Below, piece by piece: positions 36,901 through 49,410 of a stretch of 64,000 nucleotides of DNA. This DNA is from Macrostomum lignano. Its lineage: Eukaryota. Each line of letters opens with the position of its first letter. The first letter of the stretch is position 1. The notes beneath the pieces were generated by a model that did not search any database, was not told the origin of the DNA, and saw nothing but the letters and a program-made list of their open reading frames with translations. The translations under genes were made by a program, and so were the position numbers. The DNA is taken from positions 1-64,000 of the forward strand of contig NIVC01000146.1 in the NCBI GenBank assembly GCA_002269645.1, in the 5' to 3' direction.

Positions 36901-39900
36901 GAAGGTCAAACAGCTGGTGGCTCCAAAGAAGATCGCAGGAATGCGGTGGGAGGACATCAAGAAAAGTCTTTTCAAGTATCTGGAGCCCAAGAAGAGACTT
37001 CTGATAGCCGAGAGGACAGCATTCATGGCCATGAGACAAGTCGTAACTGTGGCCGGCTTCACTGCTAGATTGCGAGAACAGGCCATGGTTTGCGAGTTCG
37101 AGAAGTTCAAGGAAGAGCGGGCAGACCCGGCTGAGCAGCTCATTAAGATGCGCCTCATCGCTGGCCTAGTCAGCCAGGACACGAGAAACAAGGTTCTGGA
37201 GCGTGAGATGACGCAAGAGCTGACTGTAGATCAGATCACTGAGTTTGTTCAGCAGCTGCAACTAGTCAACGACTTCACGACACCAACCTCGGCAGCTCAG
37301 AACATCGGAGCATCAACTGAGCCAGCTGTGCATCAGGCAGTGTCACAAGAGCTGGAGCAGCAATCGGCTCACACTGTTCACCAGTTCAAGGGCAAGTGTG
37401 GAAGATGCGGCTTGGCTCAGCATCGTAACGTGTCTGAATGTCGGGCCTTGAAAGCGGTTTGCCACAAGTGCGAAAAGCAGGGGCAGGGCATGCCGCTGCT
37501 GAGGGCTTCAGGGCATGCCGCGGCACCGCCAAGGCGCACTTCACGGAGCCCAAAGCCAACTCGGATGAAGCTGTGTTTTTCTGCACTGAAGACAAGCCAG
37601 CTGACTTCTGCTTTGTGAAGATCAACGGTAAGCAGGTGAAAATGGAGAGGAACAGCGGCACCTCCTGCTCATTGATCTCCAAGAAAATCTGGATCGACCT
37701 TGGACGTCCAGCACTCAAGAAGCCGAAGTCACGCATGCTGTCATATGATGGTCACGTGATGAGACAGCTTGGCCTCCTACAGTGCCTGGTGGAGACTGAA
37801 GGCGACAACGGGAGATTTGCGACAATGGAACTCCCGGTGATAGACTGTCACCAGCAATTCGGTCTCCTGGGCCGGAATCTGCTAAGCAGCCGGCAGATGC
37901 ATCATTCGGAGGAGGTGAGCAACAAATATCTGAAGTTGGCTGGAATCAAGGGCGCGGTTGCAGAGATCCGACTCAAGTCCAGCGCCGAGCCAGTGTTCCA
38001 ACCGGCCCGTAAGCTTCCAATGACATTAAAACCGCTGGTGAAGAAGGAACTCGACCTGATGGAGGCGGCTGGAATTGTTGAGAAAGTGAACTCATCGGAG
38101 TGGGGCAGCCCGATCGTAGTCACCGCCAAGCCTGGCCGGGAGACCGTGAGGATCTGCGGCGACTACACCGCCGTCAATCAGCTGATTCAAGGCCAGACGT
38201 ATCTCACAACCTCCATAGAGACGGCCTTTTCGAAGGTTGCCAACAAAAAGTTCTTCTGTCACCTGGATCTGTCAGACGCCTACTACCAGATTCTCCTGGA
38301 TGAGCAGTCCAAGGCGGTCACCACCATCAACACCCCGTTCGGCTGCTACCGCTTCAACAGACTGCCCTACGGTATCAAGGTGTCACCATCAGTCTTTCAG
38401 CGTGAGATGGAGGAACTGATCAGTGAGCATCCGAGTGTTATTACTTATCAAGATGATGTGCTGATTGGTGGGAGTTCTACGCTAGAGCTACAGCAGATCA
38501 GGGAAGGTGTCTTGAAAAGACTGCGAGAGGCCAATGTCAAAATTAACGAGTCAAAGTGCGTTATGGAGGCTAGCAGCCTGAAGTTTCTTGGGCATGTTAT
38601 CGATGCAGAAGGCATCAAACCAGACCCAGGGATGGTTGAGAGAGTGCTACAGGTAGCCAGCCCCAAGATCAAAAAGGACCTAGAGAAGTTTCTAGGACTC
38701 GCTCGGTTCTACGGCAGACTGATTCCCAACTTCTCCTAGCGCTGCCGAGTATTGCATGAGCTGAGGAGGAGCGACAGTGCATTCGATTGGAGTCCGGCAG
38801 CCGAGGCTGCCTTTGCCGAAGTAAAAGCATGTCTCGCCTCCAAGCCGTGTGTCAAGCCATATGACATCAATGCGCCAGTCTGCCTTCGAGTTGATGCTAG
38901 TGAAAAATCTGTAGGCGCTGTTCTGACTCAAGCAGGTCACCCGGTGATGTACCTATCGAGGATGCTCACCTCCGCGGAGTCCAACTACTCTAACATTGAA
39001 AGGGAAGCGCAAGCCATAGTCTGGGCAGTTGAGCGAGCGAAAATGTTGATCGGGAAAAAACTTATCTTGCAAACGGACCATGAACCTTTGAGATTTATTT
39101 TCATCCCGAGCAAAAGCCTGTCAAAAACAGCTTCAGCTAGGCTGACTAGATGGGCCTTGAGACTGTCTGAATTCGATTACTCTGTGGAATACATTCCAGG
39201 AAAGCAGCTACTGGACGCTGATGCTTTGTCAAGGCTCAACTACACTGCAGAAGTTGATGAGGACACGGTGCATCAAGCGGATTCAGTGCTGAGCGCAGAT
39301 GACTCGGCAGGAGCTCCGGGAAGCCACACTGAACTGCTCGGTGCTGAAGAGACTGCAACAGAGAATCCGAACCGGGCGTTGGGGTCAGGTTTCTCAGGTT
39401 GAGCGACCCTTTAAAGCCTGTAGAACTTCCCTGTCGACTGATAACGGCTTGGTGATCCATGGAACTCGTGTGGTACCTCCAGCAGTGCTTCGTCGGAGGA
39501 TTCTGGAAGCGGCTCATGATGAAGTGCATCCTAGCTTTGAGAGCACTAAGACCCACATCTGCAAGGAATTCTAGTGGCCTGGATTGGATCGAGATGTGCG
39601 ACAGTATATGGAGAGATGCCGGACATGCGCTGAGTCCCGCCCGCTGTCTAATCGCAAAATCGACATATGGCCACCGGAGACAACTTCATGGAGCCGCGTC
39701 CACATGGACCACTGCGAAGTCTCGGGAGTCGGCCTGCTGCTGCTACTGTCGGACACTTACTCAGGTTACTCATGATTAGATATGAAACCTCTAGATGATT
39801 TAGATACGCCACCTCTGGATGATTAGATATGAAACCTCTAGATGATTAGATATGAAACCTCTAGATGATTTAGATACGCCACATCTAATGATTAGATATG

Positions 39901-42900
39901 AAACCTCTAGATGATTTAGATACGCCACCTCTAATGATTAGATATGAAACCTCTAGATGATTTAGATACGCCACATCTAATGATTAGATATGAAACCTCT
40001 AGATGATTTAGATACGCCACCTCTAATGATTAGATATGAAACCTCTAGATGACATAAATACGCCACCTCTGGATGATTAGATATGAAAACTCTAGATGAT
40101 TTAGATACGCCACCTCTGGATGATTAGATATGAAACCTCTAGATGGTTTAGATACGCCACATCTAATGATTAGATATGAAACCTCTAGATGATTTGCAGA
40201 TTTAGATACGACACTAATGGATGAAAACTCACCTGAGTGGTGAGCAGAAAAGCGTCAATGCTCTTGTCCCGAGCGAATGTGCTGACAATGTGCTGCCGGT
40301 CAGCCACCTGGGTTACCCGGCCGTCCAGTCTAGACAGCCGATGGCCGCGCTCCTCCAGAATTCGCTCGGCAATGTCCAGCATCTTGCGCGACTGTGAGAA
40401 CACCAGAGTCCGATGCCCCTCGGCCTTCAGCCGGGCCATTAGTTTGGCCAAGAAAGCCATCTTGCCGCTCTCTTCCGTCAGCATGGACACTGGCAGATGG
40501 ATAGCGGCCCGGCTATTATCCAGCATGTTCTCGGCGCGGCTCAGGCCCAGATCCTGGCACTGGTTGGCCGACAGCAGGCGAGGATGATCGCAAATCTTCT
40601 TCAGCACGGTCAGCTCCACTAAAGGCGACCGGCGGTTGCTATTCACTAACAGGGCCTTGACCTGGTCCAGCTGGAGAAAGTCGCGGTAGATGTTGAGCTG
40701 AGTCTGAGACATGAACAGCCAGACAACTACGTCGTTCTTTCTAGTCAGGGAGGGCATTGCCGGCCCGGCCGAGGGCTTCTGGCCCTGCTGCTTGGTGCTG
40801 GCCTGGATCTGGTGCTTGGTCCGGCGCAGGAAGTACGGCTCGATGCGGGCCTTCAGGCTCTGCGCCATCTGGTCTCCGTAGCGACGCTCGGACGCTGTGG
40901 CGTCCTTCTCCCTGGACCGAATGATTGGCCGCTCGTACTCGGTTTTGAAGGTCTTCTGCGTGCCCAGCAGGGTGCCGTGATGGGCGAAGTCGAATAGAGC
41001 CCACATCTCCATGAGGTTGTTTTGCACCGCTGTGCCAGTGAGGAGCAGTCTGTGCTTGGCGTCGATGGCAAAAACACCCTGTGGAAGGCAAATCAGGGAG
41101 CTTGTTGTTCTTTTTTAAGCAGTGGTATATAGGCAGTAGTCAGTGTGGGAAATGAAGACGCAAAAAAGGAAATAAAAAATGTGACCTTGAAAGACAAAAT
41201 AAAATAAATAGTTTTAAACAAATCAATTCACATATTCAAGATATACACTTAGGTGCAAGAAAACCTATTTAAAATTATCCACAACGACAGACAGACAGAC
41301 ACTAAGAAAGACAGACAGACAGACAAACAGACACTAAAACAGACAGACAGACAGACAGACAGACAGACCTTGGATGTCTTTCGGCTAGAATTCTTGATCT
41401 TGTGGCCCTCGTCCAGAATAACATAGTCCCAAACGAAGGTGCGGTTATTCTGGTCGCAGGCCAGACTCTGCCAGGAGGACACCACCATGCCGTAGGTGGT
41501 GATGAGCACGCCGGAGCGCCGCTGCACCCTGGACAGATCGTATTCCATCTGGCGCTTAGTCTGGCCGTGGTACAAGTACACAGGCAAGTTGCGGGCCCAT
41601 TTGTCGAACTCCTGGCGCCAGGTCATGATGACCGACACGGGCATGATTAGCAGAACGGATCGAATCTCGTTTTGATCGAAAAGGCCGCGCAGGAATGCGA
41701 TGGTCTGGATGGTCTTGCCTGCGGGTGGCGCGGGCCGATGTTTATGGCAAGTGTAAGGGTGACAGTGGGTGCGGTGTCAGGGCGATTCTAGGCGATGTAT
41801 TTAGTCGCGTTTTGAGGTTGACGTTAGGGATATTAAAGGGTGATGTTGGGGATATTAAAGGGTGATGTTGGGGATATTAAAGGGTGATGTTGGGGATATT
41901 AAAGGGTGATGTAGGGGATATTAAAGGGTGATGTTGGGGATATTAAAGGGTGATGTTGGGGATATTAAAGGGTGATGTTGGGGATATTAAAGGGTGATGT
42001 TGGGGATATTCAAGGGTGATGGTGGCGGACATTAAAGGGTGATGTTGGGGATATTAAAGGGTGATGTTGGAGATATTAAAGGGTGATGTTGGGGATATTA
42101 AAGGGTGATGTTGGGGATATTAAAGGGTGATGTTGGGGATATTAAAGGGTGATGTTGGGGATATTAAAGGGTGATGTTGGGATATTAAAGGGTGATGTTG
42201 GGGATATTAAAGGGTGATGTTGGGGATATTCAAGGGTGATGGTGGCGGACATTAAAGGGTGATGTTGGGGATATTAAAGGGTGATGTTGGGGATATTAAA
42301 GGGTGATGTTGGGGATATTAAAGGGTGATGTTGGGGATATTAAAGGGTGATGGTGGCGGACATTAAAGGGTGATGTTGGAGATATTGAAGGGTGATGGTG
42401 GCGGACATTAAAGGGTGATGTTGGGGATATTAAAGGGTGATGTTGGGGATATTAAAGGGTGATGTTGGGGATATTAAAGGGTGATGTTGGGGATATTAAA
42501 GGGTGATGTTGGGGATATTAAAGGGTGATGTTGGGGATATTAAAGGGTGATGTTGGGGATATTAAAGGGTGATGTTGGGGATATTAAAGGGTGATGTTGG
42601 GGATATTAAAGGGTGATGTTGGGAATATTAAAGGGTGATGTTGGGGATATTGAAGGGTGATGTTGGGGATATTGAAGGGTGATTTTAAAGGGGGCTACAT
42701 GCTTATCGTGAAACAAAATAGTGATAGAGTTCACACGCAATCAGTAAGAGAGGGGCGATTATTGCAGAGCTGTTGAGCACTCACCCAGTCCCATATCGTC
42801 GGCCAGGATGCCGCCCTTGCCGGCTTTGTGCAGGCCGTACAGCCAGGAGATGCCGGCTCGCTGGTGATCGTACAGCTTATCAAAGAGCGGCCGGCACAGC

Positions 42901-43472
42901 GAGAATCCCGGGCACACCTCGGCCAACTTGCTGTTGTCGCCGCCGACATCACGGTGTCCGGCTTCGCTGCTGTTGGACAGAGCCAGCGGCGACTTCGAGA
43001 TGTGCGACCGCGGCGGCGACCTCCTTCGCGGCGGCAGCTGATGCTTGGACCGGCGCCAGTTGTCGCGATCGTCCTGTTCGTCATCGTCGTCCTCGTCGAC
43101 AATTCGCGGCCGCGGCTTCGGCTTAGCGAATGTCGGCTTCAGGCGAGGCGGCTCTACAAAGTCAACGTCGTCGGCGTCGACTTCGCTGCAATTCTCGTCG
43201 GCGCCGCCAGCTTCTTCGTCGCTGCCGGCATCGCCTTCTTCAGCATCGCTGCCGTCCTTGGCATCTTCGAGGAATTCCTTCAGGCGCGAGATTCGGTTGA
43301 GCAGCGACTCGCTGGGATTGATGGCGTAGGCAGCCTGGAGGCTGGTCAGAGACGCTAAGAAGTCGTTGGCATTAAACTGCTGCCTTGCCTGCTTCACTAG
43401 CAGACGGGCGGCGCTCTGCGGCGATGCGGAGCCGGCGCCTGCCGAGTCAAAGTCCTTTTGGCTGGCGGACAT
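33905..43472 (-). CDS. ERCC6L: ERCC6L/PICH SNF2-family DNA translocase; join(43472..42785, 41718..41369, 41078..40233, 36282..36035, 35701..35185, 35107..33905), ~1283 aa
   Basis: N-terminal TPR-like [19 protein letters not shown]; [10 protein letters not shown]|KT; LDEGHKIKN; [10 protein letters not shown]; SGKM; FSQSRKML; LLTTQ|[23 protein letters not shown]; DRAFRIGQ; RQVFK; DPYR|[11 protein letters not shown]; GISDHDLMF. All junctions are GT-AG and phase-compatible. The 3' end is less certain. Confidence 0.92.
35797..35998. repeat. ~22-23 bp minisatellite in ERCC6L intron 4
   Basis: Units of tcgatcgataatgctgagaatat type. Confidence 0.85.
36435..36689 (+). repeat. 5' LTR (255 bp, TG...CA) followed by a PBS at 36692-36709
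   Basis: tgttgg...tttca, then TGGCGTCGGAAGCAGGAT, which resembles a tRNA-Leu-type PBS (from recall). Confidence 0.7.
36435..39770 (+). mobile_element. Ty3/Gypsy (Mag-like) LTR retrotransposon, decayed and 3'-truncated in integrase, antisense in ERCC6L intron 3
   Basis: gag from ATG 36734 with a double Cys/His knuckle; protease NSG (Asp lost); RT with ICGDY, LDLSDAY and YQDD; RNase H with DAS and TDH; ADALSR; integrase HHCC and HMD. Domain order PR-RT-RH-IN. Stops at ~38737 and ~39572 plus frameshifts; no 3' LTR. Confidence 0.93.
39772..40200. repeat. Dimeric ~46-bp minisatellite (two ~23-bp subunits); the same repeat occurs at 36378-36434
   Basis: atgattagatatgaaacctctag alternating with atgatttagatacgccacctcta. 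Confidence 0.92.
41285..41368. repeat. (AGAC)n microsatellite beginning at the ERCC6L exon 2 donor
   Basis: Seen directly; the donor GT is the first GT of (GTCT)n. Confidence 0.9.
41827..42685. repeat. 22-bp minisatellite (ggggatattaaagggtgatgtt) in ERCC6L intron 1
   Basis: Seen directly, ~39 copies. Confidence 0.97.
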
Positions 43473-43567
43473 TGCGCTGTGCTGACTGACCGATTTAACT
43501 AAGCTGCAAGATGCAAATAATGCTGGTGTGAGCCCGGTTCGGGGCTTGATACTGGAAATCACATGCG

Positions 43568-44275
43568 GAGTTGCCAGTCTCAGAGGGGTCCGGGTGTGCT
43601 GTTGCCAGTCTCAGAGAGAGTCAGGGTGTGTTGTTGCCAGTCTCAGAGAGAGTCAGGGTGTGCTGTTGCCAGTCTCAGAAGAGAGTCAGGGTGTGTTGTT
43701 GCCAGTCTCAGAAGAGAGTCAGGGTGTGCTGTTGCCAGTCTCAGAGAGAGTCAGGGTGTGCTGTTGCCAGTCTCAGAGAGAGTCAGGGTGTGTTGTTGCC
43801 AGTCTCAGAGAGAGTCAGGGTGTGCTGTTGCCAGTCTCAGAGAGAGTCAGGGTGTGCTGTTGCCAGTCTCAGAGAGAGTCAGGGTGTGTTGTTGCCAGTC
43901 TCAGAGAGAGTCAGGGTGTGCTGTTGCCAGTCTCAGAGAGAGTCAGGGTGTGTTGTTGCCAGTCTCAGAAGAGAGTCAGGGTGTGCTGTTGCCAGTCTCA
44001 GAGAGAGTCAGGGTGTGCTGTTGCCAGTCTCAGAGAGAGTCAGGGTGTGTTGTTGCCAGTCTCAGAGAGAGTCAGGGTGTGCTGTTGCCAGTCTCAGAGA
44101 GAGTCAGGGTGTGCTGTTGCCAGTCTCAGAGAGAGTCAGGGTGTGTTGTTGCCAGTCTCAGAGAGAGTCAGGGTGTGCTGTTGCCATTCTCAGAGAGAGT
44201 CAAGGTGTGCTGTTGCCAGTCTCAGAGGGGTCATTGATGCTGTTGCCAGTCTCAAAGGGAGAGTCAGGATGTGTG
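43568..44275. repeat. 32-bp minisatellite (ttgccagtctcagagagagtcagggtgtgctg) between NTPCR and ERCC6L
   Basis: Seen directly, ~22 copies. Confidence 0.96.
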
Positions 44276-44448
44276 GTCTGAGAATCGTAGAGATAACAGT
44301 TAAACACAAAAAGCCTAACAAGCTAAAAAACAAAAAATAACTGGAGAATTCAAGCTTTTAGTGAGAATTTATTGTTGCTTCATAAGTTTATCTAATATTA
44401 ATCATAGCTAGGGTTTCTATTGGACATAAGTTTACGCATGACAACATT

Positions 44449-46070
44449 CTAAGAAACAGCAGATTCCAATGCTTTCAACGCAGAATCTGGCGCTTCATCG
44501 CGCGACTCGCGACTCAATGAGTACGTGAAAAATTTATGGTCCGCCCGTAGCCGACTAATTAACGGGTCCTCCCGCGACCCCTTAGCAACTGGCAGCGTCA
44601 ATAGCAACCGATAGGGTGTCACAGCCGGATTAACCAGGCGTTCAACAAGCCGCCTAAACTGACTGCCGAATAACTCCATCTTGCCAACCTCGTCAATGAC
44701 AACTAGCAGCGGCGGCCCGCTAGCGGCCCGATCCGGCTGCTGCAGTCTGGCCAGGGCTGGCGACAGAGCGGCCTCGGCGGCGGCTTCAAAGGCGACAATG
44801 TTGACTAGATAGGCCGAGACGCGAGGCGGCGGCGGCTGTCCGAGCCGGACAAAGTCGGCAAACGGTCTGCAGTGTGGATGCAGGGAGTGCAGGGCTTGAT
44901 TTAAAATGCATTAGTAACTACTTTTTAAGTACTAGTGCTTTGTATTCCATTTTACTAGGGATTTTTCTATTAACAGACTTTATAGCCAAACATCAAGAGC
45001 CTACTGAAGGACTGGGGAAGGAGTTGTCGCCTACTGAAGGACTGGGGAAGGAGTTGTCGCCTACTGAAGGACTGGGGAAGGAGTTGTCGCCTACTGAAGG
45101 ACTGGGGAAGGAGTTGTCGCCTACTGAAGGACTGGGGAAGGGGTTGTCGCCTACTGAAGGACTGGAGAAAGGGTTGTCGCCTACGGAAGGACTGGGGAAG
45201 GAGTTGCCGCCTACTGAAGGACTGGGGAAGGGGTTGTCGCCTACTGAAGGATTGGAGAAAAGGTTGCCGTCTACCCAAGGACTGGGGAAGGGGTTGTCGC
45301 CTACTGAAGGATTGGAGAAAAGGTTGCCGTCTACCCAAGGACTGGGGAAGGGGTTGCCGCCTACTGAAGGATTGGAGAAAAGGTTGCCGTCTACCCAAGG
45401 ACTGGGAAAGGGGTTGCCGTCTACTGAAGGATTGGAGAAAAGGTTGCCGTCTACCCAAGGACTGGGGAAGGGGTTGCCGCCTACTGAAGGATTGGAGAAA
45501 AGGTTGCCGTCTACCCAAGGACTGGGAAAGGGGTTGCCGTCTACTGAAGGATTGGAGAAAAGGTTGCCGTCTACCCAAGGACTGGGGAATGGGTTGCCGC
45601 CTACTGAAGGACTGGGGAAGTTGTTGCCACTTCGTGAAAGAGTAGCGGATAGTGAAAAATCAATAGTTCGACCCTAGCCTGGAAGCCTTAAACTTCTTAA
45701 AGTCTTAAACAGATAAAATGTAAAAATCTGAAGCCACTCACTCGGTCCTTGCTAGCGTGGCCCGGCTGCCATCGACAATGGACACCACATCGAAACCAAT
45801 CCGTCTGCCGCTGGACCGGACCTCCTCCGTGTAGAAGCCAGCAGCTGGGCGACCGCGACTGCGCCAGAGCTCAGCCAATCGACGAGTGGCCGTTGTCTTG
45901 CCTACACCTGCATTGGTGATTAGATAACAGGCCCAGGTTGTGGGCGGATGCTGAGAGCATTATCAAGTCAGTTAGTAATGAGGCAATTAAGCAGTAAACT
46001 TTTACCTACCAGGTGGCCCAGTGAAGATGATGTGCTTTGCACTTGCACTAGGTTTAGAGGCAGCAGCCAT
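44449..46070 (-). CDS. NTPCR: Nucleoside-triphosphatase NTPCR (NTPase_1/THEP1 family); join(46070..46010, 45907..45742, 44866..44449), 214 aa
   Basis: MAAASKPSASAKHIIFTGPPG|VGKTT (Walker A), GFYTEEVR..GRRIGFDVV, PPRVSAYLVNIVAFE, VVIDEVGKMELF (Walker B). GT-AG junctions in phase. Largely missed by the ORF track. Confidence 0.93.
44998..45620. repeat. 30-bp minisatellite in NTPCR intron 2, becoming a 60-bp dimer distally
   Basis: cctactgaaggactggggaaggagttgtcg and variants. Confidence 0.95.
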
Positions 46071-46929
46071 GCCACAAGTCATATGCTAGGTATTTAGCCT
46101 GGAAATTCAAGTTAGGTACAGGTACTCAGGTAATTTCAGTCAATTTAACCAAATCGAGCTATTAAGTTAGGATTTTGTTTTAACGCTAACGCTTTTGCTA
46201 TGGTTTAAGACCAAGATGGCCACAGCTGGAGTGGGGGTCACGTGGGGGTCATGGAAAATGACAGCTGGTCTACTATTGGATAGCTTGGGCTTAAGTGTTG
46301 TCAAGCCGTTGGTATCTAGAAATAAAAAGGAATGTGGAGAATGGGTAGCAACTGATACAATTGATAAGTTTTTCATAGTTGATTTCCATTGCAATTGAGA
46401 TCACATATTCAGTTGTTAGAGTTGAATAGTTGAACACAAAAGGTGGGCGGGGTTGCTGTCAATTCAAGCTTGAATGAGCAAGGAGTTAATTTATGGTCAA
46501 ACTGTCCCCAAACCCCTCCCTTCCTTATGTGCATTGATTGTGACTAGTGGTGGTGGTGCCTCACAGATTTTTACTCACAAGCCAACCTTAGAGTAATTAA
46601 CTATACAATATAATGAAATAGAAAGTACTAAAGATTATCTTTAGAATCTTTATTTACTTCAATCTGAGTGTCAATCAGTGAGTCACCATGAAAAAAGAGA
46701 GAAAGAGAAAGCCAGTTCTGCATACAGTAAGCAGTATTGTTCCCATAGTGAATCAGTGAGTCAGTCAGCCGGTGACCATAAAACCAATGAAGCAATTGTA
46801 ATTTAGAATAAATTTAAAGGTATGAGCAAGTTCTGTGTTACATTAGGAACAATTGTTAGGCTTATAAAATCTTTGTTTACTTTAGACTTCGACATGTGAC
46901 AGGAGTCATAAACTAGCCACATGCATCAC

Positions 46930-47086
46930 CATACTTGGGCGCAACCTAGGGATTCACCCAGCCATTTCTATTGGCAACACACATGTGTAAGTCGCTATTG
47001 GACAGACTACTCTCAGCCAATAGTGACTTACATGTGTGTGTTGCCAATAGAAACAGCCAAGTGATTCCCAAGGTTGCGCATGTATG
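46930..47086. mobile_element. Fold-back MITE with CATAC..GCGCAACC-type ends
   Basis: Long imperfect hairpin (ttctattggcaacacacatgtgtaagtcgctattgg versus its inverse); termini resemble 51370-51658; no TSD match. Confidence 0.65.
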
Positions 47087-47647
47087 TAATTTCATTACAA
47101 AATATGCCTTTTTCAAGACTTAAAAATCAATTTACCCTTATTATTCCAATCATAGCCTAATAATATTATTCCAATCATAGCCTAATAATATTATTGCAAT
47201 AATATTAGTAATAAAACATGGCAATCATTTAGTTTCCTACTCTAATTTTTCCTTTTTTCAAACTTACAGTTTAAAAATATAAATATAATTAAATAAAGTT
47301 ATAGAGTAAAAAGTCAACAAGGCATATAGGATAATCATCTAAAGCAGGAAACTGAAGCAAGTTGCTAAATTTCTAATCTAGAAAGGCCATAAAAATATCT
47401 AGAATGCTAAAAAATACTAATGCCTAAAAATCTAAAATTTAATTATTTTGAGCAAGAAACCAAATGATTGCTAAAACATTAAAAGTTAATAAGAGTTTAA
47501 TACTAGCAATCAGCACCCCCATTGGGGAGCCAAAAAATGCAATACAAGTTTTTTAATAAACTACATGTAGCACTCTGCAATATCCCTTAGCAGTCCCTTG
47601 TAAGCCTTGACATGTCAGCAATTCCCCTCACAAACCTTAACATATCA

Positions 47648-47844
47648 TGAATCTGAAAATCAACATTGTGTGAGTAACAACGCGTTTTGCACTCCTAGGT
47701 ACATCTTCAGGTTTATTTTTTTCAACACGAAATTAAACAGGTTTTGTAAATAAATATGTTTAAAAAAATAAAAAAATAAACCTGAAGATGCACCTAGGAG
47801 TGCGAAACACATTGTTACTTACACAATGTTGATTTTTGGATTCA
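47648..47844. mobile_element. Fold-back insertion with ~75-bp arms inside the Helitron-like copy
   Basis: tgaatctgaaaatcaacattgtgtgagtaac...cttcaggtttattttt pairs with its inverse; ttaacatatca is duplicated around the inserted block. Confidence 0.7.
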
Positions 47845-48659
47845 TTTTCCTTTTACTAGCCAAGCGAGCTACACTACCCAATTTCTACTTAACATATCAA
47901 CTTCCCCCTCTACATCTCAGCAATGTTTGCCCTCCCATAAGCCTTGCAATCTTAAAAAATCTGTCAACCTTCTAACCCTAACCCTAAAGCATTGACAGTT
48001 CAATAATTATCCCTAAGAGTTATTATAGCAATTCCCTGCAAGCTTCAACATTGTAGGGATTCCCAAATGAATCTCTTAACTTTGACATGATTTTTCTATC
48101 AGCGACACCCCCCCCCTGTGAGGAGCCAATAAATAATATAATAAAAAGTTTTGAATAAACTACATGTAGCTTTTGACTTTAGCCTTAAAATCTGTTATTC
48201 TCCTATGAGCCTTGATATCTCAGCTACTCCCCTATAAGCTTTGACATCAATAGTAATTCTCCCCAAGAGTCACAGCACATAGTTTCATGTGACATTTTTA
48301 TGACACTTTTATGTCTGACATGATGCTTCTTTTGTCAAGGCTTTATTCTACTTTTGAATAAACTACATGTTTAAACTACAGCTTCTCTTTGCAATAACTT
48401 CAGCAATCCCTTTTAAGTCTTGACATCTCAGCTATTCCCCTTGCAAGTCTTGACATCTCAGCTATTCCCTTCTTTTTTACATGAAACTTTCTATCAATGC
48501 CCCCCATGGCAAGCCAACAAAGATATAAAAAATTGAATAAACTACATGTAGCTTCTGGCTTTTGCCTTAACATCTCAGAAATCCCCCTTAATCCTTTATA
48601 TCTCAGTTATTTTCCATGAGCCTTGATATCATAGTAATTCTCGTCTAAAGTCACAGCAC

Positions 48660-49410
48660 AGTTTTATATGATGCTTCTTTTATTTTTGACATGATGCTTC
48701 TTTTGATTTTTATATGACACTTCTTTTATGTCTGATATGACACTTCTTTTATTATTTGATAACACTTTTATGATTTTTTACATGATGCTTCTATGATTTT
48801 TTGCATGATGCTTCTATGATTTTTCACATGACATTCCTATGATTGTTTAAATGACACTTCTATGATTGTTTACATGAAGCTTGTATGATATTTACACAAT
48901 GCTTCTATGATTGCTTACATGACACTTCTATGTTTGTTTACATGACACTTCTATGATTGTTTACATGATGCTTCTATGATTGTTTACATGACACTTCTAT
49001 AATTTTTTACATGACACTTTTATGACTTTTTATATGATGCTTCTATGATTCTTTATATGACACTTCTATGATTTTTTATATAACACTTCTATGATTGTTT
49101 ACACAATGCTTCTGATTGTTTACATTATGCTTCTGTGATTTTTACATGACGCTTCTATGACTTATTATATGACACTTCTATAATTTTTTTACATTATGCT
49201 TCTATGATAGTTTAATATGACATTTCTATGATTTTTACATGGTGCTTCTATGATTGTTTACATGATGCTTCTATGATTCTTTACATGATGTTTCTATGAT
49301 TGTTTACATGATAATTCTATGATTCTTTACATGATGTTTCTATGATTTTTCATGACGCTTCTATGATTGTCTACATGACATTTCTATGATTGTTTACATG
49401 TCATTTCTAT
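48660..49410. repeat. Degenerate ~23-bp minisatellite (ttctatgattgtttacatgacac)
   Basis: Seen directly. Confidence 0.88.

Noticed and set aside
44874-45677. 267-aa PTEGLGKELS repeat ORF
   Set aside because: A 30-bp array lying antisense inside NTPCR intron 2.
46195-46398. Divergent gene head-to-head with NTPCR
   Set aside because: A 67-aa ORF with no recognisable motif or convincing splice continuation.
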